Source: Diplonema japonicum
Taxonomy: Eukaryota > Protista > Euglenozoa: Diplonemea
DNA: 64,000 nucleotides
Assembly: GCA_964019335.1 (NCBI GenBank)
Contig: OZ025679.1
Span: forward strand, 124,001 to 188,000
Reading direction: 5' to 3'
The notes under the pieces are model-generated. The model was not told the DNA's origin. It did no database searches and saw nothing but the letters and a program-made list of their open reading frames with translations. How positions within the stretch are numbered: the first letter of the stretch is position 1; every line of letters starts with the position of its first letter. The translations under genes were made by a program, and so were the position numbers. Positions 11,243 to 23,254 of the stretch are shown in pieces.

Positions 11243-13909
11243 ACCCCTCCTTACGGGGAATTAGAAGTTGGCAATGACAAAAGAAGAAAAATGAGCGGGC
11301 AGCATAAGCGAAACGGGAGCAACGCCAACATGGTAGTACCAGAATGCTTCCGCGTCTTCTTAAGGGTACGCCCGTATATGGCGAACGAAATATCAGGGGT
11401 GAGGGAAGCGGAAATGGACTCGGCAAGGTCGGGAATCGAGGTAAAAAACGGGGAACTCATGTTGGTGGACGAAAGGTGTTTGGCGGAGAAGCCGGAAATC
11501 AGGTTTAAAGCGAAGAAAAGCTGGGGTGCGGACTCTTTTGACGAAGTCTTCTGGTCGTTCGGAGCAGACCCAGGGACACAATGGGAAGACGACATCCCAC
11601 ACCACAACAGGTCGCAAGAATATATTTTCCGCGCTGTGAACACGTACAACGGCGAGTCATCTCTTGTGCGGAAAACCTTTGAAGGCTACTCACAATGCAT
11701 AGTAACATACGGCGCTCTTAACGCAGGTAAAACGTTCACAATGTTTGGGGATCAGCGAGACCCTGGCCTCGCCCCGAGGTTTCTTATCAAGCTACGATCC
11801 CACGGTGATAAGGTCGAGACGAAGTACTCTGCTGAAAAGATGAAAGTCTCAATTGAGATGACCTTCCTCCGTCTGTGGAAGGAAGGCATCGAAGACCTGT
11901 TCAACTCCGGCACTAACATCCGCAGCATAACAGATATCGAGAACAGTGCGGCCGTCTTGACAGCCAACAACGACGAGGAGCTCCAAGCGATGATACCCAA
12001 GCTTTGCAAACTGCGCCGTCCCTCTTCAAAAACGGAGTTCACGAAGGAAAACCGATCGCACGTTGTGCTGACCATATCTGTGGTGCAGACGTCGTGTTTC
12101 GTTGCTCCGGACGATCCAGACAAAAAGGTCACGCACGTTAAAAAGGCAACCTTCACCTTCGTGGACCTCGGGACCCCCGGACGCAATGAAGGCGAGACCG
12201 TCCAAGACGCCAAGCTCATTTCCGCAGCCCCGCAGGCGGTCAACCGTGTACTGCAATGCTTGGCAACAAAGTCAACTGTTCCATACAGGGACTCCCTGCT
12301 CACCCAGATCCTCCAAGAACAGCTTGGCGGGAACTGCACCACAACCCTCATCGGGTGTGTGTCTCCATATTACAAAAGCGCGTCCGACTCAACCCTCACG
12401 ATCGACACACTCCGCAAGCTGCGCAGCGTTGTGGTCAAGGTAAAGCCTTCGGACGACAAGGAGCTCGCGCAGCTGCGCACCTTGCAAAAGGAAACGGAGC
12501 AGGTCAAGCATAAGATCGCACAGCACACCTCGTCCGCGATGAAGGTGAAGGACACCCTCATGCAGCGGCAGGTGCAGATCAACAAGCTGAACGGGAAAAA
12601 CAAGAAACTGAATGCCACCCTGAGGGACGTGCACAGAATACAAATCGAAGCTGAAGAGCGGCAGGTATGACAAACAACTCAACATACCCGAACCCCAGGC
12701 ATCTATGGCCGCTACACTGATCCAAATGCGCAAGTACCGCAAAATGCTAATGCCAGTGTATGACGCAAGGTTGCGGGAGCTGAGGGCGAACAGGACAGCG
12801 ACAAGGAAAAAAGAGCAGGAGCAGGAGGAGAAAAGCGTAGAGATCGTAGATCTAGAGAGGAAGCGTGCCGAGACGGTATGATGCAAAGAGGACGAGACAA
12901 CAATACAACAGGTGGTGGAGGTGCGAGACCACATCGACAAACTAGCAGTACTGTGCGGGCAGACGATTGCAGTGCAAGAGGACGTGCCGCCCATTCCGGA
13001 GGAGATGTTCGACCCGACCGTGGAGAGGCTCATGAAGCTCATTGTGAAACTGGTACACCACCCCCTTTTTTTTTTGAAATCACATTAAAACACAGGAAAA
13101 AAAACTAAAATCACGCAAATCGACAAACGCACTGTGCGACAAGCTGCAGGAGGAGATCCAGACAGAACAGAACGAGGTAGAGAGGATGAGCGGGGATGTA
13201 AGGGACGCAAGGGGAGAAGTGAAGAAAATAAAGGCCAAACTAGAGAAGGCCTTGAACGAGCGCCTAGAAGAAGTACGGGGAGGAATGGAGGGGGCGGGGG
13301 TGGAGGTGGGGACAGGCTTTGAAGTGGAGATGGAAACGGCAGTGGACGCCCCTCCCGAGGAAAGCACGGGTAAGGTTGAGATGTTGGCTGAAAAGGCACA
13401 AATACAATGCAAAGAAACCGAGCAACGAGCGGCCATCACAGCCGCCTACGGTCTATGGGTAGCGAAGATCCCAAATGTGACCATTTATGCAACAATCGCT
13501 TCCGCGAACGAGACGCATCGAAAATCCGTTCAGAAATCTAACGAAGCCGCACAACACCTGGAAGGGCTCAAGGGTGACGCTGAGAAGCTAACAGACGCGC
13601 TCTACACACAACAGGCACTTGCTGCCGAAAAAGAGGGCGAATTGGACGGGTTACGTCTTGCTTACAAGGTATTAAACAACCGAAAAAGTCAACCCTCAAC
13701 AGGCCGCAATGGAAGAGCTGAAATGGCGTCGAGAACAGGAGCAGGAAGAACGCCTTAAAAAGATGGAATATGAGGAAAACAGGAGGAAGCGTGAGGATGA
13801 GCTCGCCCTTGCGAAACACAAAGCGGAGGCGGAGCTGGCTGCCGCGCAGCAGCTACAGCTACAGCAGGCTGCTGCGAAAGAAAAGGGTGGTTGCTGTGTG
13901 CTGTCTTGA
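11240..13909 (+). CDS. Divergent kinesin-like protein, ~840 aa, motor + coiled coil + C-terminal CaaX (GGCCVLS). Exons 11240-12664, 12699-12875, 12912-13052, 13096-13668, 13703-13909
   Basis: RVFLRVRP, FDEVFWS, P-loop GALNAGKTFTM, RSH, FVDLG, VPYRDSLLTQIL..LGGNC. Four GT-AG introns (34, 36, 43, 34 nt) join the ORFs in frame. Confidence 0.85.
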
Positions 13910-13938
13910 AGCTGTTGTTGCAGGGAGAAAATAAAGGG

Positions 13939-13972
<34 letters not shown>

Positions 13973-14350
13973 TGTTTTTACTTTTATTTGTAACAATAGA
14001 ACCTTAGTCCCTCTCCCCCCCTTTTTTTTTCTTCCCGTTGCCTCACTGTGTTATTTTTTTATCTACAGGAAATGGGAAAGAAAAAAAAAAAGTCAGTAGA
14101 TTGTTATTCTTTGTCCACTATAAACCCCCCTTCTTTTTTCTCTCTCTCTTATCCTCTCCCTCTTTTTTTTTTTCACCGTTTTCCCGTTTTCCCTGCAACA
14201 AAAAAAAAAAAGACAAAATACACCTTCTTCTTTTTTTTAGTTTCTTTCTTCTTTTGTTTTTGGCCAGTGAAAGAAGAAAAAAAAAAAAAAAAAAACGATA
14301 CAAATAATCACATCAAGGTGACCAACCCCCTTTAAGTAAAAAAACAAACA

Positions 14351-16670
14351 ATGTCGGGGGTCGGCCACAGCAAGCTGTCGCTGAGCAGTTTGAACAAAAA
14401 CGGTATCCTACTAATGCCTCCGCGCCCCCCCGACGGAGACGGGGGCAGGAGACACACAAGATCTTACAATGTAACGAAGAGCAACAGCGAAGAAATTCGA
14501 GGAATGACGATGGAACACCGCAGCCCGGGAACCCCGGTGGGGAGTCCATCACCAAGACTGGAGAGAAGGCCCGCACCTTTGGGGGGGCTGAAGAAACACG
14601 TAATGATCCCTAGTGAAGGATCACCCACAAGACCGTACCATCTTGGAAAACGCGCCTCATCTGGGTCAGGCCACGGGATCATGGGCATTCCTCACGAATC
14701 TCCACACGAAGCCAGCGTGAAAGAACGCCGCCTCTCACTTGAAAGAATGGAGGCCGAGGCCCTCCGTGGCAATTATGAAAAGAACGAGGAATACCGGGAA
14801 AGGGTACGCCGCATAGGATCCGACAGATCGCTCACAAAACTCATGGAGGCCGACTCCGAGCGACGCGAGCACCTCTGGATCACCCTCATCTACTCCATGA
14901 CCTCCATCAAGGCAGTCGCAGATATCGTAGAGCAACGCCGCGCCAGCGCGCAGCTCAAACACCTCCTCCTCCCTGTGTGCTGGAAATGGGTCAAATGCCT
15001 CTGCAGGGCCCGCAGCATGAAGCAGCTCATCGCCGGGCGTGTCAGCAACATGATGAAGCCCACCGTCGCCTCGCTGAAGGCCATCAAGTTCTTCCAGAAC
15101 TGGCCGACGTACATTTTAACCCGTCTCGTCGACGGGATGGAACCCGTGTGTCACAAGCATGGCGAGTTCGTGTGTTTCGAGGGTGACATTGGCGACAAGA
15201 TGTACATCATTGCTAACGGTGCGCTTGATGTCTACGTGCGGCAGGAGAACGCCATCGAGAAGTCCCGTGCGCTGGGCGTCAAGGTGGCCACCATCTCCGC
15301 CGATTCGCAACCCTACTTCGGGGAGTACGCTGTCGTGTGTGGGGAGCCTCGCTTCGCCTCCGTCCGTGCGGCCACCCCCCACGTGGACCTGTGGGCCGTG
15401 TCGTCCGCATTCGTCTCGACGCAGCTCGACGAGCTTCCCATCGACGTCAGGCGTGACATCGCCAACTACGCAGGCCAACGACGCCAGGCAAACCTTAAGA
15501 AGCTGTACCCCATCAAGGCGACGATGCTGGCGCAGTCGGGGTCCATCTTCAGAGTTTTCGACGAGGCACTGCTGCAAGAGCTTGTCGCGAAGTTCGTACC
15601 TGTGGTGGTGCGGTCACCGTCAGTGATTTACTCCGAAGGTGAAGCATCGGACAAGATGTACCTTGTTGCCACGGGTGAGGTGGAGCTCAGCAGGACGCGT
15701 AGCGAGGGGGTCGTCACTGTACGACAGGGCGTCGCCTTCGGTGAGGCGGAGCTGCTGTTTGTCGAGAAACGCGGTTACACCGCCGAAACAAAAGGCCCCG
15801 CAGATCTGTGGGCATTGGAGAAGCTGGAGTTCATGCAGTTCCTGCTGACGCACCCTGAGCTGTTCATGGCGGCCAAGGGCATCGTGTCCAAGATGAGATC
15901 GCAAACTGCAATCGAATGCTCGAACCAGCCATGGCTGCGCGACTCACTCCTCACAAAGTACTTACCTGTGAAGCTACTAAGAAGGTTCAACAGCATCCTA
16001 ATCCCCAAGGTCGTGGGGAGAGCCGACTACGTAGCAGGCCACAATGAAGAGTATGAGGGCATCTACATCATTGCGTCCGGCAGCGTGAGGGACGAGAAGA
16101 CACAAGTTGTATATGGAGAGGACAGCCTGCTGGGGAAGGCGGAGCTGCTGACCTTCCAACCGAGATGGAGCACGTCGTACATAGCAGAAGAGAGGTGTGA
16201 TGTGTGGTTCATAAGTAAGAGCAGGATCTTTGCAGAGATGATGGCACACTACAAGGACATGCTGGCGAAGCTGGCAGACAGCACCGTTCAGGAAAAGATA
16301 CGGAAACAATACATGCAGCCTTACCAACCGCCAAGCGTGTTCTCGCAGCTGGTGAAGCAACTCGAAGACGGGACGCCCCTAGTCCCACGGATCAACAAGT
16401 TCACCACATCGCAGTTCTCTCCTGCCTCCTTCAGATCGGAGTCCTCTGTCTCTCGTGTGCAGCAGGACTTCGCGGAAGATATGTCTGTTATGTCGGAAGC
16501 ACAGAACAGCCCCCCCCAGGAGAAACAGGCAGAAGAGGTTGCTATTCAACCTGTTAAATCGTTGGTATGTTTTTTCTTTTTTTTTTTTTTTTTTTTAGAA
16601 TCATTTCCAGCGAAGCGACAGTCCTGACGTCCCTCCTACGCCTCTGCTTGCCTCACTGCTCGGGGGATGA
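14351..16670 (+). CDS. Cyclic-nucleotide-binding domain protein (3 cNMP-like domains), ~761 aa. Intron 16565-16598
   Basis: EGDIGDKMYII..FGEYAV..EPRFASVRA; EGEASDKMYLV..FGEAELL..KRGYTA; third degenerate repeat. 34-nt gtatg..ttag intron yields terminus NHFQRSDSPDVPPTPLLASLLGG*. Confidence 0.85.
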
Positions 16671-16679
16671 AAGAAAAAG

Positions 16680-16712
<33 letters not shown>

Positions 16713-17161
16713 AGAGAGAGAGAGAGAGAGGATGGGGAACGAAGTGGGCCGCCTTTATATTTATTGTGGTTTTCTTTCTCCCCCCCCTCCCCCCCCCCTT
16801 TTGTTCTTCTTCGTTGGAACTCTGATGTGGGCGAGTGCCAGCGTTGTTCATGATCCTGGTAAAGTCCTATTAGTTGGTAACGCTGACTGAGGACAACGCC
16901 ACCCCCCCCCCCCCCCCCCCCCCCCCTCGCTTCTTTATTTCTGATTTTCTCTGTTGGCCTTTTTTTTGTCGGGTTTATTTCCTGGGTGGCCTCTTGTCTT
17001 AAAGTTTTTTTTTCTGAAAGTGAAAAAAAAAAAAACCCCTTCCTTTATTTACTTTCCCCTCCAGAACAGGGACAGGATGGAACAGCCTCAAGTGACTGGT
17101 TGATGAGTTACTGCTCACCGTTCTCTGCTGGTGAGCGCGAAACCCCCCCCCCCCCCCCCCC

Positions 17162-17348
17162 CAGGGCTATGTTGGCAGAGAAACGGGAAACTTTTACGTT
17201 GCCGTTTCCTTTATTTTTCAGATATTAAGGGAAACGTGTTCCCTTCTTAAGGAAATGGCCCCTTAAAAATAACAGGAAAGACGTATTTTCAAAAAAAAAA
17301 AAAAAAAAAAAGCTTTTCAAAACGCGTCTTTTTGCCAACATAGCCGCC
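17162..17348. mobile_element. Small MITE-like element related to 4633-4742
   Basis: Perfect 13-bp inverted repeat ggctatgttggca (17165-17177) / tgccaacatagcc (17333-17345), flanked by C runs. Confidence 0.5.
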
Positions 17349-17502
17349 GCCCCCCCACCTGTACTCACACTTTGCCCCCGGGCCACGCCCCGCCCGAATA
17401 GAGGAACGAAAAAAGAAGAAACGATCTTACTTTGTGCCGTATGTCGAATCTGAATGCCCGATTGAAACTCTGCTTCAATTTTACCTCTGCCCTGTTTTTC
17501 TT

Positions 17503-17537
<35 letters not shown>

Positions 17538-17990
17538 TTTCTTTCTGTGCGTGAAGCAGAATTGTGGCAGCATGCACGAAGCTACTTATCTCAGGATTTG
17601 TACCGTGTGCACCAAGTGCAGGGAAGAAAAAGAAAAGTAAACCCAACTCCCTTGCCTTGTGTTCTCAGCTTCTTTCACGCTGTGCGCCCCCCTCCCCCTG
17701 CCCCTATAATTTGCAGCTGCAACCTTATGACGGCTCTGGACACTTAAGTTGTCCATAAGCTTTGCGTTCCCTCCATTTTTTTTTCTTTTTTTTCTTTTCT
17801 CTTTTTTTTTTCTTCTTCTTTTTTTTTTTTTTTTTAACAATATTATTGTCGAGACTAAAAACTAGTTGATGGCAGCGTAATGAGCTATTTTATTAGGTAA
17901 AATTCCGCTCGTGCGCACAAACAAATGGAGCGCCAAACTAGTTTTTTTGTTAGGTAGGCGGCGTTGCTAAACACTTCGTTTTCTAAAATT

Positions 17991-18034
<44 letters not shown>

Positions 18035-18844
18035 TCTTCTTGCTGCAGCTGCAGGGCAGCAATGTCCACTAGCCACTATCACCTGAGGAGAGAAAGGGGG
18101 AAACAAAGTGTAATGAAATGCTGTGTGTATCAAAAAAAGAAAAAAAAAAAAAAAAAAAAAAAGAAAGAAAGAAAAAGTAGTATCTGAACAAAAGTTCTTG
18201 AAACAATAATTTGAGAAAAATTCTTTTTAGAACCCCTACGCCCTGGTGGGTGAAACAAGGGTCTTTCCACTGGGAGGGGGTATATCAAATATTAACAAAT
18301 ATTTGTTCCACTGGTGGGGGGGTAGTATATCAAAAAAAGATAAGGAGCTTGAAACACAGCGAAACTTTCTTTTTTTGTCTGTTATTTTGCTTTATTCTTT
18401 TGCGTGAAATAGAAAAAAAAAGGGGGGGGGGGGAACGAAAGTTCAGTTAAGCAGAAAGAATGAGAACACCCTCCCCCTTCCTGTCCTTCTTTATGTCTTC
18501 TTGTCGGCAGTGAGTGCATGTCCCTGTGGTAAACTGGTAGGCGTAGATGCACGAGCTGTAGACCCTTTTCTTTTTCTATTTTTAACTCACTTCTGTCTTT
18601 CTTCGTGTCTTTCTTTTGAAGTAAGAGAAAGCCCCCATGCAGCATTTAAAAAAAATAAATAAATAAGAAAGGTGTTGTTTTGGGGACTAGATGCCTAACT
18701 GCAGGTGCTCTCCCACAGCCCGCGGTGCCCTCTCCCCTCTGTCCTCCCCCCTTTCCCCCATTCCAGTCGTTCAGTTCTCTTTGTTAGTTATTCTTTTACC
18801 CTCAGCCAGCCTTCTGGTGCCACAGTGTTTACGAAGCAGCCCAG

Positions 18845-20526
18845 GGACTCAAGAAGATGGCAATAAGCGGGACAGTTGTGAAGTGGGTGACGGGGAAGGG
18901 GTTCGGGTTCGTGAAGGAGAAGGAGGGGGAGCAGGAGTACCACGTGAGCAGCGAGAACCTGGTAGGGGGGAGCCGGCTGCAGGAGGGTGGGGAGGTGCAG
19001 TTCGACGAGGAGACTTCGGCGCCGAAGACGAAGCGGGAGAAGGAGCACGCGGAGGCGGGGAAGAAGCGGGGGACGAACGTGAGCGGGGCTGGGGTGATCG
19101 CGAGCACGCAGGGGAGCCTGATCGGGACGGTGTGCGAGTGGTGCCCTGCGAAGAACTACGGGTTCATCCTGGGGACGGACGGGTCGAAGACGTACGTGCA
19201 CGTGTCGGCCTTTGACGGGGCGCGCCTGCAGCCCGGGAAGGCGGTGACCTACGACATGGAGGACGTGGCGCACAAGAGCGGGAGGCAGGTGGCGGTGAAC
19301 GTGGCTGGGTCGGCGGTGCAGGCTCGTGGGGCGGTTCGCGGGATCGTGAAGTCGTGGCTGCAGGGGAAGGGTTACGGGTTCGCTGAGGACGGGAGCGGGG
19401 CGGAGGTCTTCGTCCACTCGAGCGCCATCAACAACGGCTGGCTCATGCAGGGGAAGGAGATCTTCTACGATTTGGAGCAGCGTGCGGATGCTGACGCGGA
19501 GGGCGGGAAGTTCTCCGCCGTGAACGTGACAGGGCAGGCTGTCAGGGACCACGACGGGGGCTCCAAGGGGGTGAAGGGAGGAGGCTTCAAGGGAGGGAAG
19601 GGTGGGAAGGGGGCCTTCGGGAGGAAGGGGGGAAAGAATGCTAAAGGTGGTGGTGGTGGTGGTGGTGGTGGTCTCGCAGCGAGGATGCATGCAGAAGGGA
19701 AGAGGAAGGACGTGGACGGGAGCTGGTACACCCGCGATGACTTCGTGAAGCAGTACGGAGGGACCTCCGAGTGGGACGCCAAGGAGACCAGGCAGTCCCC
19801 CGCCAACGGGAAGATGTACACTCGGGAGAAGTTCGTGGTATGCAAAGGCTGACTTTAAAAAAAGAAAGAAGAAGACAAGACAAGACAAAAAAACAAAACA
19901 AAAAAAAAATAATTAATAAACACCAGGAACACTTCGGAGGAACAACCGAGTGGGATGCAGCACTCACTCCGTCTTCCGCCCCTTACGCTGGTGGTGCAAG
20001 GGGCAGGGGTGGTGGGAAGGGCAGAGGAGGAAAGGGGAGAGGCCAGATGAAGAAGGAAGCAATGGAAATGTAGGAAAAAAAAAAAAGAAAACTAATCCCA
20101 GGAATGAAGAGTGAAAAAGTGTAATTACCCCCCACCCCACCACACTCTGACTTTCATTTGCATTTTTTTTTTGGGGCAAGAACACAGTAACAACAAAATA
20201 AAGTTGATAGTTCAAAAAAAAAAAAAAAAAAAAGTTGTGTTCCCCCCCCTCCCCCCGATCCCTTTTTTCCCAGTGTTTGATCCAGGGCCTTGCCCGTCAT
20301 AGTTTCCCACAAGTTTTTAAACCTTTCAAGAATGGGCACATGGGCAACCCTGCCCTACTTCACGGCAGAAACCTTTCATGTGATTTACTTGCAAAATATT
20401 TATTTCCATCGTTCTCCTTATTTTTGTTATTTTTATCTCTATTCTTTACTTACCACGAGACCAACCTTACCCACCATCTCCTCACGAAACAGTGGGGTAC
20501 AAAAAGAAAATCTATTTTACAGAGAC

Positions 20527-20564
<38 letters not shown>

Positions 20565-21010
20565 CTTTTTTTTCTTTCTTTTTTTTTTTTGACCACCTTC
20601 GTTGAGTGGGAAAAAAAAAAAAAAAAGAAAGAGAAGCATAATGAACAGCAATGCATCGAGACCCCATTGAGCCTTTGCTCGTGTGGTTGCTGGGCGGGCT
20701 GCTCTTATAGCCTTCACATACGTACCCTATTTGAGTTTTAAGTCAAAAAAAAGAGCCGAGTCTTTAGGCTGTTTTCCCGAGTTCATGGTCAAAGTCTTTT
20801 GGTGATTATTGGTGACTATCAATGCCCCACGAGCACCCTTCCAAAAGAAATAGGAAGAGGAACAGCTAAGATGGTGAGGCTCGCCGCAGTCGGGTGGCTT
20901 CACCCTGAAACCGTACATCATGCTGAGAGGCTGACACAAGCCCATATCATCTGCTTAAATGAGGAAATACTGCGAGCGGCCCAAAGAGGCGGCAATGTAT
21001 ACAACCCTGT
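18845..21010 (+). repeat. Segmental duplication copy 1 (partner 28812 to ~31070)
   Basis: Identical except homopolymer lengths up to ~20768 (initial offset 9967). Patchy similarity beyond. Confidence 0.9.
18857..20073 (+). CDS. Triple cold-shock-domain RNA-binding protein with KGG/RGG tracts, ~375 aa (copy 1). Intron 19838-19926
   Basis: Three CSDs (GTVVKW..KGFGFV; GTVCEW..KNYGFI..YVHVSA; GIVKSW..KGYGFA..VFVHSSA). Splicing the 89-nt intron completes a second YT..F...(Y/F)GGT.EWDA repeat. Confidence 0.9.
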
Positions 21011-21261
21011 GGTCCTCAAAAAAAAAGAGTCACCTTTGACGCAAAAGGTTCTCTTCCCCTGCCCTCGCAGTCGGGTGGCTTCACCCTGAAACCGTACATC
21101 ATGCTGAGAGGCTGACACAGCCCATACATCTGTTTAAATGAGGAAATACTGCGAGCGGCAAGAATGCAGCGGGGGGTTCTGTTCCCCTGCTCTTGCAGTC
21201 GGGTACATCACGCTGAGAGGCTGACACAGCCCATATCATCTGCTTAAATGAGGAATACTGC
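20883..21261 (+). ncRNA. Three tandem copies of a ~95-nt putative structured RNA element (unassigned; partial TPP-riboswitch-like layout)
   Basis: Copies at 20883-20980, 21061-21159, 21189-21261. Each is closed by a gcagt/actgc stem, with internal hairpins gggtg-gctt-caccc (copies 1 and 2) and ggctg-aca-cagcc. Confidence 0.35.
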
Positions 21262-21365
21262 TAAGAGGCCGACACAGAGTGCTTTGCCTGTTGTAGGTGA
21301 AAACGGCTTGCACAAGCAATCTGCCGGTTATTTTTTTTTTTTTTCCCTCTTTTTTTTCTCTCTCT

Positions 21366-21401
<36 letters not shown>

Positions 21402-22111
21402 GTAAACAAGAAAAAAAAAAAAAAAAACAATAATTGTAAAATGAATTGTTATTTGCTAAAAAAAAAAAAGAGTCGAGACAGCTTTGTTTGGTTTTAACCT
21501 TCTACAGGATATCGCCGACTTTGTACAAACAACAAACGAAAAGAATGGAGGTTAGTATCCTCTTCTTTCTTGGGAGAAAGTAGGTGTGTTGAACTTGGTT
21601 AACAACTATATTTTTTACCGTTTTCTTCTTCTTCTTCTTCTTCTTCTTCTTTTTGCTGACTGCCTTAGGATCCTGTCACATACCGCAGAATCCTTCAGGA
21701 ACACGTTTTTCCTTCTTCATTTTTCCGTCTTCTGCTTCCATCATTGATGGGTACTTTCTAAGACTAGAGGTGAAGCTCACGAGGCAAGCGGTCTCCGGCC
21801 TGAGCCAGTGAGCCTCCTCAAGCTCTATGCACACAAACAAAATGAAGCGCCAGTGACGAGGTTTTCACTTTTTTTTTTCTTTGCGTTTTTGCATTTCCCC
21901 CCTCGATAACATGCGGTGATTGCACATCTTTCAGTGAAAGGTTACGGAAAGAAAAGAAAAGAAAAAAAAGAAAAAAAAAAGCTAAAGGAGCCCCACCCCT
22001 AATCTCTCATCGATTTTATTGTCATTTGTACAAATAAGACATAAAAAATCTCTTTTTCGTGTTTGTTTCATTCCTTCCCACCCCAAACAAGACACCAGGT
22101 ATACCCACTGC

Positions 22112-22850
22112 ATGGATGAGGACTTAGAAGCTGCCCTCGTCAGCATCAACGATGGGGGTCAGGATGCAGGTGGGAGCGATGTCTCATCAGAGAGCGTCAC
22201 CGAATGGACATTGAGCGTAGCAAGGCCAAAAGTAACAATGGCCAGAGCAGGATTTGTACTCGGGGAAAGCTTGGACACAGAGAGGCTCACAACATTAATG
22301 TGGAACGTGGTGTACGTACCGTCAAAGAGATGCGTGGAAATCACAGACAGAGAAGGCCATTTCTTCACAGTTTTCAACAGTGGGAAGGTGTCGGTGGTGA
22401 CAACAGGCAGCATGGGGCAAGGACAAGGGATCGGCGAGGTTAAACTGCGCAAAGCCGCACGGAGAATGGCACGCACAATACAGCTGGCTTTGAAGTTCGA
22501 CCAACAAATGACCCCGCCTACAGAAGGCCTGCAGCTCGCCGACCCCGCCAATGTGAAGTTCTTAGGCTACAACGTAAGCAATATGTGGGCAACTTGGCAT
22601 TTCAGAAACTATGTCAACACCTCTGTAACACTGAAAAACCTCCAGGCACCGAAATATGCCCAAAGCATACACAGTATGTACGCAACGGACGGTATTTCAC
22701 TCCGACTGTCTATCCGGCCCCCACTGCCGCGAATGGTGGTTCTGATCAAGCCCATCGGAGCAGTTACCTTTTATGCAGCGAAGAACGAGCCTTCCATCCT
22801 CGATGTTGCAATGCTTCTGCATGATGAGATGGTCTTTGTAGAGAAGGAAT

Positions 22851-22852
<2 letters not shown>
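22112..22852 (+). CDS. Highly divergent TATA-binding-protein-like factor (246 aa)
   Basis: Colinear with the TBP core: LGESLD..L...NVVYVPSKR (LGCKLDL..NAEYNPKR), VFNSGKV (IFSSGKM), KAARRMARTIQ (LAARKYARVVQ), KFLGYNVSNM (KFLDFKIQNM), PRMVVLIKPIGAVTFYAAK (PRIVLLIFVSGKVVLTGAK). Confidence 0.75.
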
Positions 22853-22898
<46 letters not shown>

Positions 22899-22954
22899 TG
22901 TTCTTCCAATTCCGACACAAAGTTGGGGAGAGTAAAAAAAAGAAAAAAAAAAAA

Positions 22955-23211
22955 ATGTCTGCCTCTCTCAAGCGATCCTCGCTCCCCATCCGTGTCGTGC
23001 AGGAGGCGAAGGGAGCTGTCATTGCTTTGGAAACCATGAAGGGGGAAGTTTACAGGGGATTGTGCATGGAAGTACAGGAGTCGTTAAACCTGCGGCTATC
23101 ACAAGTGAAATACACAAAGCGGAATGGGGCCTCGTGCGATTTGGAGCAGGTATTTATCAGGGGATCGCAAATCAAGTTTCTGGTGTTACCAGACACACTG
23201 AGGTATGAATT

Positions 23212-23254
<43 letters not shown>

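Noticed and set aside
12668-12670. Stop-codon readthrough or alternative genetic code to explain split ORFs
   Set aside because: Every break is resolved by a canonical GT-AG intron, and several stops lie within GTATGA donors.
17855-17945. Short aaactagtt inverted repeat with a patch similar to ~21830-21855
   Set aside because: Too short and palindromic to support an element call.
20883-21261. CRISPR array or intact hammerhead ribozyme
   Set aside because: Units are too long with no unique regular spacers, in a eukaryotic context. Hammerhead core CUGANGA/GAAA spacing is not met.
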